Positions 1 through 10,597 of a stretch of 17,248 nucleotides of DNA are shown here, in pieces. Every line of letters begins with the position of its first letter. Position 1 is the first letter of the stretch. This DNA is from a virus (lineage: Duplodnaviria > Heunggongvirae > Uroviricota > Caudoviricetes): the IMG/VR virus record IMGVR_UViG_2571042870_000012; one strand, written 5' to 3'. Made by a program: the position numbers and the translations under genes. Under the pieces are notes generated by a model, which made no database searches, was not told where the DNA came from, and worked only from the letters and a program-made list of their open reading frames with translations.

Positions 1-237
1 CACGTCATAGACGGTTTTACCCCGATGATCTTCAACGAGATGCCACGATGCCTCATCACTGTTGAAAACAGCCACGAAGCCAGCCGGAATATCTGGCGGT
101 GCAATATAGGAACTGTTTGCTGGCAGACCTGTATGAGGCGGAATATATGCGTCACCTTCACCAATAAATTCATTAGTTCCGGCCAGCAGATTATAAATTT
201 TTATGGTCCGTGGTTGTTCACTCATTCTGAATGCCAT
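1..237 (-). CDS. Tail fibre assembly protein (Tfa), N-terminal 79 codons; the gene continues past the window start
   Basis: Minus-strand translation from ATG at 235-237 reads [42 protein letters not shown]..., matching the N-terminus of E. coli prophage Tfa proteins as I recall them. The ATG overlaps the upstream stop (TAATG). Absent from the ORF track because it runs off the edge. Confidence 0.8.
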   Translation of the reverse strand, partial: MAFRMSEQPRTIKIYNLLAGTNEFIGEGDAYIPPHTGLPANSSYIAPPDIPAGFVAVFNSDEASWHLVEDHRGKTVYDV

Positions 238-533
238 TATGCAAGCCTCACAATGTAGTTAAATGCGATGTTTTTGACGGTGTTTTCCGCGTTACCAGCA
301 GCGTTAACGGTGATGGTGTGTCCATGTGAGCCAATCGCAACAGAGTGCGTATGAGCACCAATACCGACAGTATGTGCGTGAGCACCTGCAGATGCAGCTG
401 TGCCGCTGACACTATGAGTGTGCGCTCCTGCAGCACTTGTATTCACACTGGCCGCAGACACTACCTTATGTACTGACCCATTTTGTGACCACTGGCTGAT
501 TGCTGATGCGCCTGTGACACTATGAGTATGGTT
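237..533 (-). pseudogene. 3' remnant of a side tail fibre gene (C-terminal tip region only, no N-terminal domain)
   Basis: The frame is open from the in-frame stop at 534-536 down to the TAA at 237-239 and has no ATG at its 5' end (the track start is GTG). Translation carries repeated His-x-His motifs ([33 protein letters not shown]) typical of tail-fibre tips, and it lies directly upstream of tfa. Confidence 0.65.
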
Positions 534-632
534 TCAGGTGAATGATATTTCCATACGCTGTTGGATATCCGTTGTTATACACCTCGTATAACTCAAGACC
601 TGCTGCCCCCTGCGTATTGTCTGTCAGCGCGG

Positions 633-1400
633 CTAACGCCCGCCAAACATGGCAAACAGATCATTAATACCGTTTGCACGCGCTTTTTGCTCTGCCAGTA
701 CCTGCGCACGGATACTGTTTTCATCCACCACGGGTGCTGCTGCCTGCACTGGCGTCCGGGAGGCTGCAGGTTCATCATCCTGTACGCGTGGAGCACTGTT
801 GCGTGGCGGAGTAATCATGTTTCGAATGGATTCCGGCATCTTTTTAAATTCCTCTGTACGTTTTGACTGAATACATGCCATTGCCTTAACGGCTGGTGTC
901 ACCTGATCAGCAAATCCCTGTGCCAGACATTCGGCACCGGACATCCAGGTCTCATCCGCCAGCATGGCAGCAATTTCATCGGTGGTTTTCCCGGTTTTCT
1001 GTGCATAAGCGGGTAACAGAACCGCCTCAACTTTATCGAGCAGGTCGGCATAGGTGCGCATGTCCTCCGCATCACCGCCCGTAAATCCAAATGGTTTATG
1101 AATCATCATGAAGGAGTTTTCCGGCATAATGACCGGGTTTCCCACCATCGCAATGACCGACGCCATTGACGCCGCCACACCGTCGACATAAACGGTAATG
1201 GACGCACCATGTGTTTTCAGTGCATTAAAAATGGCGATGCCTTCAAAGACATCGCCACCCGGTGAATTAATATGGAGATTAATGTGGGTGATATCGCCCA
1301 GTGCATTCAGATCACTGATAAACTGCTTCGCCGTAACACCCCAGAAACCAATCTCGTCATAAATATAAATATCCGCGTCACTCTGGTGACCTGCCTGCAT
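633..1400 (-). CDS. Prohead (head maturation) protease, ClpP/S49-like, lambda gpC equivalent
   Basis: Translation contains [11 protein letters not shown]...[18 protein letters not shown]...[17 protein letters not shown], a ClpP-family fold signature, immediately downstream of portal. Start taken at ATG 1398-1400 ([16 protein letters not shown]), 13 nt after the portal stop; its ribosome-binding site is weak, so the start is uncertain. The track ORF (to 1661) overlaps portal. Confidence 0.75.
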   Translation of the reverse strand: MQAGHQSDADIYIYDEIGFWGVTAKQFISDLNALGDITHINLHINSPGGDVFEGIAIFNALKTHGASITVYVDGVAASMASVIAMVGNPVIMPENSFMMIHKPFGFTGGDAEDMRTYADLLDKVEAVLLPAYAQKTGKTTDEIAAMLADETWMSGAECLAQGFADQVTPAVKAMACIQSKRTEEFKKMPESIRNMITPPRNSAPRVQDDEPAASRTPVQAAAPVVDENSIRAQVLAEQKARANGINDLFAMFGGR

Positions 1401-1413
1401 CCTGAACCAGGAA

Positions 1414-2922
1414 TTATTCTTCGGACTGGTCGTCGGTGTGCTGCGGCTCCTGTCGTTTCGTTGCGGCACTGCTGCCTCCTTTATCACTGGCCGGATCGGT
1501 ATCAAATACCAGATCCAGCTTGCGGTTTTCATCAATTTCGGCCTTGCGCCGACGTTTGACATCATCCGGATTACGACCACCTGCACGTACCCAGTCTGAT
1601 TCTGTCGCCGCTCCACCACGAATCTGAATTTTCCAGGCCTCAGCCTCCTTAACAGGGTCAATCCACGGCATCACCGGTCCGGAATACACCGCGGTATACA
1701 GTGAAGATCGGTCCAGACCGCGGGGTAGCCTGATAACACCGGATGCCACAGCCTGTTTCAGCCAGGCACGGTACATCGGGCGGGTGACGGCACCAATAAA
1801 CCAGTCCTGCAGGATCAGGTAGCCATCAGTAGACTCAACCAGTTCCTGACGCTGGGCGCTGTAAGTGCCGTTATAGTTGCGTGCCGTACTGGAAAAACTC
1901 AGACGACTGCCCGCCGCCACGGCACGCAACTGACCATTACGAAAAGTTTCAAGGTTAGGATTGGGACGATCCGACTTCACCATTCCGATTTCTTCGCCGG
2001 GTTTCAGATCGTCGTAAATAATGCCTGGCTGAATGGTAAGCTCGCGTTCATTCTCCTTGCTGCCATTACCATCCGATTCATAGCTTTGCCCGTCGCCTTT
2101 CCGGATGTACATCCCCAGAGCAGCGGCGATCCTTGCTGCAGTCAGCTCAGAATCTTCATACTCTTTCAGGGCACTGAGGCGGATCAGCACACCGGACAAC
2201 AAAGACGTCCCGCGCATCTGGTGCAGACGGCGAACAAATTTAAGATGCAGCATTCGCTCTGCATCCACTTCTTTGGTTTCCATCTGCCGTCCGGATACAG
2301 GACGACTTTTATACACCAGATATTTTTCGGGACGCCCCCAGTCATCAACAAACACGCCCTGATTCAGCCTGTTGCTCTCATCACTGGTCATGGGAATAAA
2401 GTCTGGCTCGAGCGCCTCCAGCCAGAAATGAACACCGGCAGAAGGCGTCAGGCTGTTTATGCGCCCGGAAACCATCTGGGCAAACACCTCACCATCGCGC
2501 AGCCAGGTACGCAGCATCAGACGTTCCAGCATCGGACGGGTAAACTGCCCGGTGACTTCCGGACTGACAGACCATTCACTCCATCGGGTGCGTATCTCCG
2601 CTGCCAGATCACGGGCAATGGCCCCATTGCGTAATACCGGATGTGGCTCGACAATAATCCCGTTTTTCCCCACCACCCGTTCTTCCAGCTTGTCAAATAC
2701 ACCAATGACCAGATCGTGGTTGTTATCAAGGTAACGGGCCTGCTCACGTAACGACACGGCCCCGTACTGGCTTAACTGGTCGGCAGTTCGGTTCTCCCGT
2801 CGGGCTTTGTGTGTCCGCGTCGTTTTTACGGCCTCATAAGCCTGGATCACCGCACGGGAACGCAGCCTTGCCGCTTTCCATCCTGGTGAAAAAACGCCAA
2901 TCACATCATCAAGAATTGCCAT
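1414..2922 (-). CDS. Portal protein (lambda gpB-like)
   Basis: About 500 aa ORF between gpW and the protease with an acidic C-terminal tail (HTDDQSEE). Start taken at ATG 2920-2922, overlapping the gpW stop as TGATG (translational coupling); the track ORF extends to 2994. Confidence 0.8.
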   Translation of the reverse strand: MAILDDVIGVFSPGWKAARLRSRAVIQAYEAVKTTRTHKARRENRTADQLSQYGAVSLREQARYLDNNHDLVIGVFDKLEERVVGKNGIIVEPHPVLRNGAIARDLAAEIRTRWSEWSVSPEVTGQFTRPMLERLMLRTWLRDGEVFAQMVSGRINSLTPSAGVHFWLEALEPDFIPMTSDESNRLNQGVFVDDWGRPEKYLVYKSRPVSGRQMETKEVDAERMLHLKFVRRLHQMRGTSLLSGVLIRLSALKEYEDSELTAARIAAALGMYIRKGDGQSYESDGNGSKENERELTIQPGIIYDDLKPGEEIGMVKSDRPNPNLETFRNGQLRAVAAGSRLSFSSTARNYNGTYSAQRQELVESTDGYLILQDWFIGAVTRPMYRAWLKQAVASGVIRLPRGLDRSSLYTAVYSGPVMPWIDPVKEAEAWKIQIRGGAATESDWVRAGGRNPDDVKRRRKAEIDENRKLDLVFDTDPASDKGGSSAATKRQEPQHTDDQSEE

Positions 2923-3134
2923 CAGAACCTCGCCAGCCGGTACCCGGGATGCCCCCGTCGTCGTGTAATCAGAGCCGCAAGGCGGCGCTCCCACTCCTGC
3001 CGCCCCTGCCGGATCTCAGATAAGTTTTCCATGGTCATCTGCTGACCATTAAAAGTGACGGATTTTCCGTCCAGCACCGCCATTTCAGCTTCCGTATAAC
3101 GCTGAATCATGGCTTCGATATCATTCTGGTTCAT
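2922..3134 (-). CDS. gpW-like head-tail joining (head completion) protein
   Basis: About 70 aa protein ending ...RRLAALITRRRGHPGYRLARF, resembling the lambda W C-terminus as recalled (...QRRRGPAGFYV). GGAGG lies 6 nt upstream of ATG 3132-3134, which overlaps the terminase stop as ATGA. Confidence 0.65.
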   Translation of the reverse strand: MNQNDIEAMIQRYTEAEMAVLDGKSVTFNGQQMTMENLSEIRQGRQEWERRLAALITRRRGHPGYRLARF

Positions 3135-5230
3135 AACCATCCTCCGGAAGTCAGCCAGGGGTTAACATCGTCAGTTACTGTTTTCTTCCGTTTTTGTTTT
3201 TTAACAGGCGTGGATACCGGTTCCGGTGAGGATGACGGTTCGGTACTGTCCTGGACACACTCCAGCCAGGTTTCCCGGCTCGCCCACTCCGGTGCATCCG
3301 GCCAGCGGATCTTTTCGTATCCATGCAGAATGACCAGAGCCTCGGCATACACCATCAGGTCAAAAGCTTCGTTGGCACCGCGACCCGGCTTACTCCATTT
3401 CCCGTCACGGCTCCGCTCTTCATACGTCAGTTCGTCGTAAAACCAGCTCCCCAGCCAGTCAGGGAAATGCACATAGCCTGGACCTGGCGAGTCACGCCAT
3501 AACGCGTTATTCACCCGGTCTTTCAGGGCATCCGTCTGAAGAAGCCAGAGCGGCACATCACCTGCGGCCTGCGCCCGGCGGCCCGTTCGTCCGGTGTTAT
3601 CAGGGAATGTACGGCTGATCAGTTTTGCGCGCCGGATGCTGTCACCCTTAAACAGGTAAATACGTTTACCAAGGCCATCACGACGGCAACGACGCCAGAA
3701 TTTATAGGCATTATCAGTGACCCCGTCTTCACCGCCGGAGTCCACCGCCATTGCCATCAGTCGCATTTGTTGAGAAGGATCGGAGGCCAGCGGCCAGCTT
3801 TTATGAAAAACATCCGTCAGCAGGACATCCCAGTCTTCCGGATAGCTGGCCGGATCAATTCGCTGGCTCTCCCCGTCGCAGTCACTGCGCAATGACTGCG
3901 TGATGTTGTAACGATCAATAATCCAGCGTTCGCCACGACTGCCATAGCCCGTTACCTGAACCACAAAACGGCGATGACGTCCCGCCTGCACATCCACTGT
4001 CGCCACAAGGAAATTAATGCCATCCGGCACACTGCGGGAAGGAACTGGCTCTGCCCGCTGCTCAAGCAGTTCACTTTTTCGTTGCTCCATGCTGGCACGA
4101 GGAAGATAAGGCAATCCCCAGTCGGTGTTGATAACCGCCCTGAGTGTTTCTTCGCTTCCTGTCGCTTCATACTCCTGTTCTGCAGTCAGTAATTTGTAAA
4201 CCAGTTGCGCCCAGGTCTGATACGCAGCAGCTGGCCCTTCCATCCAGAAACTGGCGATACGGGAGCGGCGCGGTTCACCGGAAACGTTGCCGTTACGATC
4301 AATGACCTGACCTTCACGCAACCAGACTCCAGCACTATTGAGCTCACGCTTTTTCTCCGCAGTGATAATGCCGCTGCAGTGCGGGCAAAGTAGATACGCC
4401 GCCTCACTGGCTTTAAAGGGATCCGGTTCATTACGGTAGCCGGTCATGGCATCCATGGCTGGCTGAAAATATTCACCGCAGTGCGGACATGACCAGTACC
4501 AGCGGCGGCGGTCACCACGATTGTAAAGGGAAAGAATACCAGTCGTCGGTGGCGCTTCATGAGGCGACTTACGTCGCCATTTGCTGTCGCAGATGTCACG
4601 TCCCGGCGAGCTCTCCACCAGAGTCATCCCGGCGGACATAAATGTGGTGGTACGTTTTGAGGCCAGGGAGAAACCATCACCCTCGCTGTCGATATTCTCC
4701 GGAAAACGGTCGTAATCGGTTAAGGCGACAAACCGGTAATCCGACGACGACATAATGTTGACCGAGGGCCAACCAATTTTAAGGAACGAGCCATCCCTGA
4801 ACGTCTTATCATGGACATTATTGTCGTTACGACGTGGACTCATTCTTTTCTTTACCGCCGCACTGCTTCTGAACGTTCTGTCGAGGCGCTTTTTAGAATG
4901 CTCGCGGGCCTTATCTTCGGTCATCTGCACAACGAGCATGTCCGAAGGATCGCAAACGATGGTATAGACAATCCATCCATCGATCAGACCAATGGTCTTC
5001 CCTGTTCGCGCAGGACCAATAAAAATCACCGCATCGTATTCACGCGATGCCAGGCAGTTCATGGGCTCAATGATGTAGGGTGTCAGTTCAGGATCCCATG
5101 GCACCGAGTTACCAGCCCCCTTGGGAACACGCATGAATTTTTTAACAGCCTCCGAAATCGGCATGCGACGTGGTGGGGAAAATCCTGCCGATATGTCCCT
5201 TCCCAAATTTCGGGCTGATGAAAAACCCAT
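3131..5230 (-). CDS. Terminase large subunit (lambda gpA-like)
   Basis: 699 aa ORF with a GPARTGKT Walker A-like motif and Cys/His clusters (CPHCGEYF...CPHCSG) analogous to lambda gpA. AGGAGG sits just upstream of ATG 5228-5230, overlapping the Nu1 stop. Confidence 0.85.
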   Translation of the reverse strand: MGFSSARNLGRDISAGFSPPRRMPISEAVKKFMRVPKGAGNSVPWDPELTPYIIEPMNCLASREYDAVIFIGPARTGKTIGLIDGWIVYTIVCDPSDMLVVQMTEDKAREHSKKRLDRTFRSSAAVKKRMSPRRNDNNVHDKTFRDGSFLKIGWPSVNIMSSSDYRFVALTDYDRFPENIDSEGDGFSLASKRTTTFMSAGMTLVESSPGRDICDSKWRRKSPHEAPPTTGILSLYNRGDRRRWYWSCPHCGEYFQPAMDAMTGYRNEPDPFKASEAAYLLCPHCSGIITAEKKRELNSAGVWLREGQVIDRNGNVSGEPRRSRIASFWMEGPAAAYQTWAQLVYKLLTAEQEYEATGSEETLRAVINTDWGLPYLPRASMEQRKSELLEQRAEPVPSRSVPDGINFLVATVDVQAGRHRRFVVQVTGYGSRGERWIIDRYNITQSLRSDCDGESQRIDPASYPEDWDVLLTDVFHKSWPLASDPSQQMRLMAMAVDSGGEDGVTDNAYKFWRRCRRDGLGKRIYLFKGDSIRRAKLISRTFPDNTGRTGRRAQAAGDVPLWLLQTDALKDRVNNALWRDSPGPGYVHFPDWLGSWFYDELTYEERSRDGKWSKPGRGANEAFDLMVYAEALVILHGYEKIRWPDAPEWASRETWLECVQDSTEPSSSPEPVSTPVKKQKRKKTVTDDVNPWLTSGGWL

Positions 5231-5238
5231 TATTCCTC

Positions 5239-5766
5239 CTAGAGACTCTCTCCTTCCTCATCAGGAATTAATTCAGCAGCACAAGCCTCGTAGGATTTTT
5301 CCTGAAGAGTGTATCGCAGGTCATCAATTGCCTGCTGTACAACGCCGACGGCCTGAGGAGTCAGGGCGCAATCGCGTTCAAGAACATCCGGAATTGTCTC
5401 CAGAACCTGGACGACAGCCTTTCTCATGGACGAATAGACGATGACTACTTCATCAACGGGGATGAGTTTTCGCTGCTCCTTTTCCAGCTTGATCCTTTCA
5501 TTTTCAGACTGGTACCAGTCCTTTCTCTCTTTCGGCTCCATACGGGATGGATCATGAACAGAGTCTGCTGCCTCATGCTTCACACTAAACAGGGCTGGCC
5601 CGACATGCTGCAGGGCGTAAACGGGGTTCCCCCTGACAGTCGCAGCCACAGGAGTGTTGGCCGCGAGAAGCCGTTTTTTTACTGTGTCCCGGTGAAGCCC
5701 AAAGGCCTCAGCGATTTTAAAAACACTCCAGTAATAAGCATCACCGATCCCGCTCACATTTGACAT
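5239..5766 (-). CDS. Terminase small subunit (Nu1 / NohA-like DNA packaging protein)
   Basis: Translation MSNVSGIGDAYYWSVFKIAEAFGLHRDTVKKRL... matches the Nu1-homolog (NohA) family of E. coli prophages as recalled. Start at ATG 5764-5766 with GGAG 6 nt upstream; the track start at 5796 is probably too far upstream. Confidence 0.8.
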   Translation of the reverse strand: MSNVSGIGDAYYWSVFKIAEAFGLHRDTVKKRLLAANTPVAATVRGNPVYALQHVGPALFSVKHEAADSVHDPSRMEPKERKDWYQSENERIKLEKEQRKLIPVDEVVIVYSSMRKAVVQVLETIPDVLERDCALTPQAVGVVQQAIDDLRYTLQEKSYEACAAELIPDEEGESL

Positions 5767-5899
5767 AAGCAACTCCATCTGGCAGGTGAAAATCATGTTT
5801 ATTTATATATTTCAATTAATTGTAAACTGGTCTAATGACAGGGAGAAAAAAATATTGTACAGGTAAAAAGAGAAATAACTTTTAATTATCAATAAATTA

Positions 5900-5990
5900 C
5901 CAAACATGCTGCCGCCGCCATGGAAATGCAAAAACTAGCCTTTTTCCGCGACGCTCCCGCCCCGTGGCAGGGGCCCCCACCGGGAGGACC
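5900..5990 (-). other. cos-like site (candidate cosN plus flanking cosB) upstream of Nu1
   Basis: Minus strand reads ACGGGGCGGGAGCGTCGCGGAAAAAGG about 195 nt upstream of the Nu1 start. Lambda has ACGGGGCGGCGACCTCGCGGGTTTTCGC at the same relative position (cosN GGGCGGCGACCT), from memory. Confidence 0.4.
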
Positions 5991-6142
5991 CGACAGCCTG
6001 ACAGCCGTGACGAGCATCTGATACAGCGCTTTACATAATGGCATAGGAATAATTCAGAAGGACATCACAGCATGCCCACACAAATTAGTGTGAGTGTCCT
6101 GTTTCTTCCTACGCACAGGACTGACGAGCATGAGGGGAAAAT

Positions 6143-6310
6143 ATGCGAACCATAAATGCCTCATCTTCAGCAATGCAGCCGGCATCCGAACAGGACGATA
6201 TTGTAAATTCACCTAATTACGAGGACATTGCAGTAGTTGAATTGCAGCTCTGTATTAGCCTGACAGTGACAGAATGCGATATTGACTCTGTCACAGGTGA
6301 AATAGTTTGA
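6143..6310 (+). CDS. Hypothetical 55 aa protein
   Basis: ATG 6143-6145 preceded by GAGGGG at about 6 nt; translation MRTINASSSAMQPASEQDDIVNSPNYEDIAVVELQLCISLTVTECDIDSVTGEIV. I recall near-identical nucleotide sequence in the lambda right-end region. Below the track length cutoff. Confidence 0.3.
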   Translation: MRTINASSSAMQPASEQDDIVNSPNYEDIAVVELQLCISLTVTECDIDSVTGEIV

Positions 6311-6330
6311 ATGATTAGCAGTTATGGTGC

Positions 6331-6537
6331 TCAGTCAACCACCAGGGAATAATCCTTCGAATTCTTATCGTGCTTCACCAACGCTGCCTCAATTGCCCTG
6401 AATGCTTCCAGAGACACCTGATGTTCTATACATGCAATTACAACATCCGGGTAACTCATAGAAATGGTGCTATTAAGCATATTTTTTACACGAATCAGAT
6501 CCAACGAGAGTTCATCAGCAGATTGTTCTTTATTCAT
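6331..6537 (-). CDS. Hypothetical 68 aa protein conserved at the right end of lambdoid genomes
   Basis: Track [44 protein letters not shown]...; I recall a close homolog between Rz/bor and cos in lambda. Function unknown. Confidence 0.45.
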   Translation of the reverse strand: MNKEQSADELSLDLIRVKNMLNSTISMSYPDVVIACIEHQVSLEAFRAIEAALVKHDKNSKDYSLVVD

Positions 6538-6837
6538 TTTGTCGCTCCATGCGTTTGCTCGTCATCTAGCGGTTAAAATATTACTTCAAATCTTACTGCA
6601 TAAAAGAGGAAAAGTATGAAAGTTTGAGTACATCGACCTTACATACATCTGTCGGTTGCATATCCCTCCTGGATGCCAGCAAGGCTCAATTTTGTTACGC
6701 AATCAACACTATTCATTAAAAACAGGCTTAATATTTGACATAAATCATCAACAAAACACAAAGAGGTCAGACCAGATTGAAACAATAAACACGATAATGA
6801 AAACTACGCGCCATCGTATCACATGGAAGGTTTACCA

Positions 6838-7248
6838 ATGGCTCAGGCTGCCATTTTTAAAGAAATATTCGATCAAGTGCGTAAAAATTTAAACTGTGAA
6901 TTATTTTATTCTGAGCTAAAACGTCACAATATCTCACTTTATATTTACTATTTAGCCACAGATAATATTCACATTGTGTTAGAAAACGACAACATAGTGT
7001 TAGTAAAAGGACTCAAAAAGGTTGTAAATGTTATATTCTCCAGAAACAAACATCTTATAGAGACCTCCTATAATAAGTTGAAATCAAAAGAAATCACATT
7101 TCAACAATACAGGGAAAATCTTGCTAAAGCAGGAGTTTTCCGATGGGTTACAAATATCCAGGAACACCAAAGATATTACTATGCCTTTGATAACTCATTA
7201 CTATTTACTGAAAGCATCCAGAAAACTACACAGATCTTACCACGCTAA
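6838..7248 (+). CDS. ydfO: YdfO-family protein (DUF1398-like)
   Basis: Translation [31 protein letters not shown]...[15 protein letters not shown]... matches YdfO as recalled. Start at ATG 6838-6840 with GGAAGG 7 nt upstream; the track start at 6823 is probably upstream of the true start. Confidence 0.8.
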   Translation: MAQAAIFKEIFDQVRKNLNCELFYSELKRHNISLYIYYLATDNIHIVLENDNIVLVKGLKKVVNVIFSRNKHLIETSYNKLKSKEITFQQYRENLAKAGVFRWVTNIQEHQRYYYAFDNSLLFTESIQKTTQILPR

Positions 7249-7399
7249 ACCATAACGTCCGGCTTCTCTCACTCCTGAGCCGGACTGCATTGGTTTAATA
7301 AAAACCATCAACAATTGTGATTTAGATATTCGGAACCATTCAAATATAACAAAACCCCGTAAAAACGAGGTTTATGGATAAATTTTATTATTGAATACA

Positions 7400-7573
7400 T
7401 CAGATTAAATTAATCTTGACATCATAGCTTTCAAGACCCGTCATTTTTTCCCGTGCGGTAAACTGAATACTGGTAACTTCTTTCCCGGTCTTTTTCTTAA
7501 GTTCAATAATTTTTTTTGTTATATATTCAGAAATATCTGCTTCTGCTTTTGTTTTTAAGTTTTCAATATTCAT
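7400..7573 (-). CDS. gnsB: GnsB-like small protein (57 aa)
   Basis: Minus-strand translation MNIENLKTKAEADISEYITKKIIELKKKTGKEVTSIQFTAREKMTGLESYDVKINLI matches the GnsA/GnsB family as recalled. Not in the ORF track (below cutoff); found by manual translation. Confidence 0.8.
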   Translation of the reverse strand: MNIENLKTKAEADISEYITKKIIELKKKTGKEVTSIQFTAREKMTGLESYDVKINLI

Positions 7574-7744
7574 CATTTCCTCTTTTAGTCTGTTATGACT
7601 TTCCAGTTACACAGTAAGTCGATTATATGGTGCAAACGTGTAAAAGATAAGATGAAACATCGCAATAATCAACATACGATAGTCTAAATTTTACACAAAC
7701 AGACAAAGAGAATTTTCCTGAATTATCAATACAATAGCATCAAA

Positions 7745-7975
7745 TCAACTCAAGAGCCTTATTGCTGCTTCCAGAATTTCTTCTGAAGTAACATGTCGAT
7801 CCGCGGCTACATAAATGACTTTATGATCTCCGGTCAGAGATGGAAACCCTGCGGCCATTACAGTAAGGTGTGTTTTTTCGCCATTTGGATATTCACGCAT
7901 GATGGTGTTAACTCCAGTCATCGCTGGCACTACCACTGCTGGTTCAGAGTTAAAAAAAACTATGATTTTTTTCAT
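7745..7975 (-). CDS. Hypothetical prophage protein at the ynfN position (YnfN-like, tentative)
   Basis: ORF MKKIIVFFNSEPAVVVPAMTGVNTIMREYPNGEKTHLTVMAAGFPSLTGDHKVIYVAADRHV... lying between gnsB and cspI as ynfN does in K-12 Qin. The Shine-Dalgarno is weak and the start is uncertain (alternative ATG at 7921). Confidence 0.5.
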   Translation of the reverse strand: MKKIIVFFNSEPAVVVPAMTGVNTIMREYPNGEKTHLTVMAAGFPSLTGDHKVIYVAADRHVTSEEILEAAIRLLS

Positions 7976-8015
7976 GATGTTACCGTAGTATGTGAGTATC
8001 CATCGAATAGATACC

Positions 8016-8039
8016 AAGCAAAAAAGCTCCCGAAGGAGC
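8016..8039 (-). terminator. Rho-independent terminator candidate downstream of cspI
   Basis: Hairpin GCTCC-CGAA-GGAGC (8026-8039) followed on the minus strand by TTTTTTGCTTG. Confidence 0.45.
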
Positions 8040-8246
8040 CTTCATTTTCACTTTTTTAAATCCAACGACAGACGGCTGGCATTTAAGTATTGTGAAATAT
8101 TATCAAATGTAATCATCATTGATTTACAAAAGATACATTTTGCCCCGAAAGGATTCATGTCAGAAACATCAAAAGATGATGTTCTATACTGGGAACCATG
8201 ACAACACGGGCATCTAAAGTGAATATGGTTTGTAATATTGTCTACC

Positions 8247-8459
8247 TCAAAGCGCCACTACATGAACAGCGGCAGGACCTTTAGGTCCGTTCTCAATACC
8301 AAATTCAACTTCCTGATTCTCAGTTAATGTTTTGAAATCGTTGCTCTGAATTGCTGAGAAATGGACAAACACATCTTTGCTGCCATCTTTCGGCGTGATG
8401 AAACCAAAACCTTTTTCAGGGTTAAACCATTTCACTAAACCAGTCATTTTGTTAGACAT
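8247..8459 (-). CDS. cspI: Cold shock protein CspI
   Basis: 70 aa CspA-family protein [45 protein letters not shown]... with RNP1/RNP2 motifs and a long AT-rich 5' leader. Confidence 0.85.
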   Translation of the reverse strand: MSNKMTGLVKWFNPEKGFGFITPKDGSKDVFVHFSAIQSNDFKTLTENQEVEFGIENGPKGPAAVHVVAL

Positions 8460-8822
8460 AATTATTACCTTTTGAAGAAATTAGCCCTTGGGCAGAATGG
8501 TCCGAAAAAAAATATCAGAGAGAAAAACCAACAAGGAAATCTCAAGAGGTACAAATAATAAAATTATAACAATGACTGCTTCAGATAAATTTGTAACAAA
8601 CCAGAACACCATTAACGCATGATTAACCACCCATAGCAAGGATTACTTTTGTAAAGAAAAACACAGCAATGAAAGAATAGCTTTATTTATTAATAATAAC
8701 GTGTCATTCTGATTAAGACCTTTTATCTTACCCTTAAGATTTCAGGAATTTTGGCTCATGGAAGAGTCCTTTTTATTTAAATTTTACATTCCGCGATGTA
8801 AATGTTCCGATTTAATATTACC

Positions 8823-9846
<1,024 letters not shown>

Positions 9847-9850
<4 letters not shown>

Positions 9851-10134
9851 ATATATTTATGATGAGGACGCTCGTGCTTATTGGCAGGATTTTCAATCTT
9901 AAAGGAGTACTGATGCTGCAGATAAGACTCAACTTTTTCTGACAATTTTTCTGCTACTTCCAGGAAGACTTGCCGGACGCTCCTTCTGGCTGCTGCCTCA
10001 TAAAACTCCAGCGCAGCTCCTTCAACACGGTCCATGGCGACATCCAGGTCAAAAATTTCACCGTCAAAGCGTTCTTTGTCCTGTAAGGCTACAGTTACCG
10101 TAACTTTATTCTCAAAATTACGGACTCCTTTCAC
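9847..10134 (-). CDS. ydfR: YdfR-like hypothetical protein between holin and endolysin
   Basis: 95-codon soluble ORF at the position YdfR occupies in K-12 Qin; the track start is GTG and the true start is uncertain. Confidence 0.55.
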
Positions 10135-10162
10135 AACCAGTTCATAGTCTTGAGTCGTTGGA

Positions 10163-10378
10163 TTACTCTCCTCTCGCAGCCTTACGCCTGTCTTCTTTAA
10201 TCTTGAAATAAAGATTTGTCAGATACGTCAGCAGGCCAAAAACCAGGCTACCCAGCACACCGATTGCAGCCCACTGTGACGGAGTTACTTTATCGAGTAA
10301 CTGCAATGCCCAGAAACCAGCATTACCCGCCGATGTGCCATAGGCAACACCTGTTGTTAACTTATCCATTGATTTCAT
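10163..10378 (-). CDS. essQ: Class II holin, phage 21 S-type (pinholin) with dual-start motif
   Basis: Translation [71 protein letters not shown] (71 aa) matches S21 as recalled, with Met1 and Met4 both present. The track ORF (to 10453) over-extends upstream. Confidence 0.8.
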   Translation of the reverse strand: MKSMDKLTTGVAYGTSAGNAGFWALQLLDKVTPSQWAAIGVLGSLVFGLLTYLTNLYFKIKEDRRKAARGE

Positions 10379-10597
10379 ATCCTCACCCCGATGTACACGG
10401 ATGGTGCAATATGTTTGAAAAGATCGGAGTCTACGGGGTAGTTTTGACAGCACACGCTGTTCTCAACGGCGCTAAAGAAACATACACATTAAAAATGTGA
10501 GTAATTATTTTGAAAGAAAGTCATATATAAAATAATAATACGAGAAATGTTTTCATATTTAGTGTACTGTATACGGCCATTTATACAGGAAAAGCCT

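Noticed and set aside
25-258. 77-codon plus-strand ORF at the window start
   Set aside because: It is the antisense shadow of the tail-fibre assembly gene on the minus strand (1-237), whose translation has a clear family match.
2086-2634. 182-codon plus-strand ORF, together with other plus-strand ORFs at 561-866, 2105-2362, 2459-2734, 3974-4192, 4811-5218, 5121-5444, 13033-13398, 13392-13655 and 13916-14170
   Set aside because: All lie antisense within well-supported minus-strand genes (protease, portal, terminase, ydfU), have no ribosome-binding site, and are typical GC-rich antisense frames.
6735-6760. Perfect TTGACA hexamer upstream of ydfO as a promoter -35
   Set aside because: No acceptable -10 hexamer at 16-18 bp spacing, so a promoter is not called from this alone.
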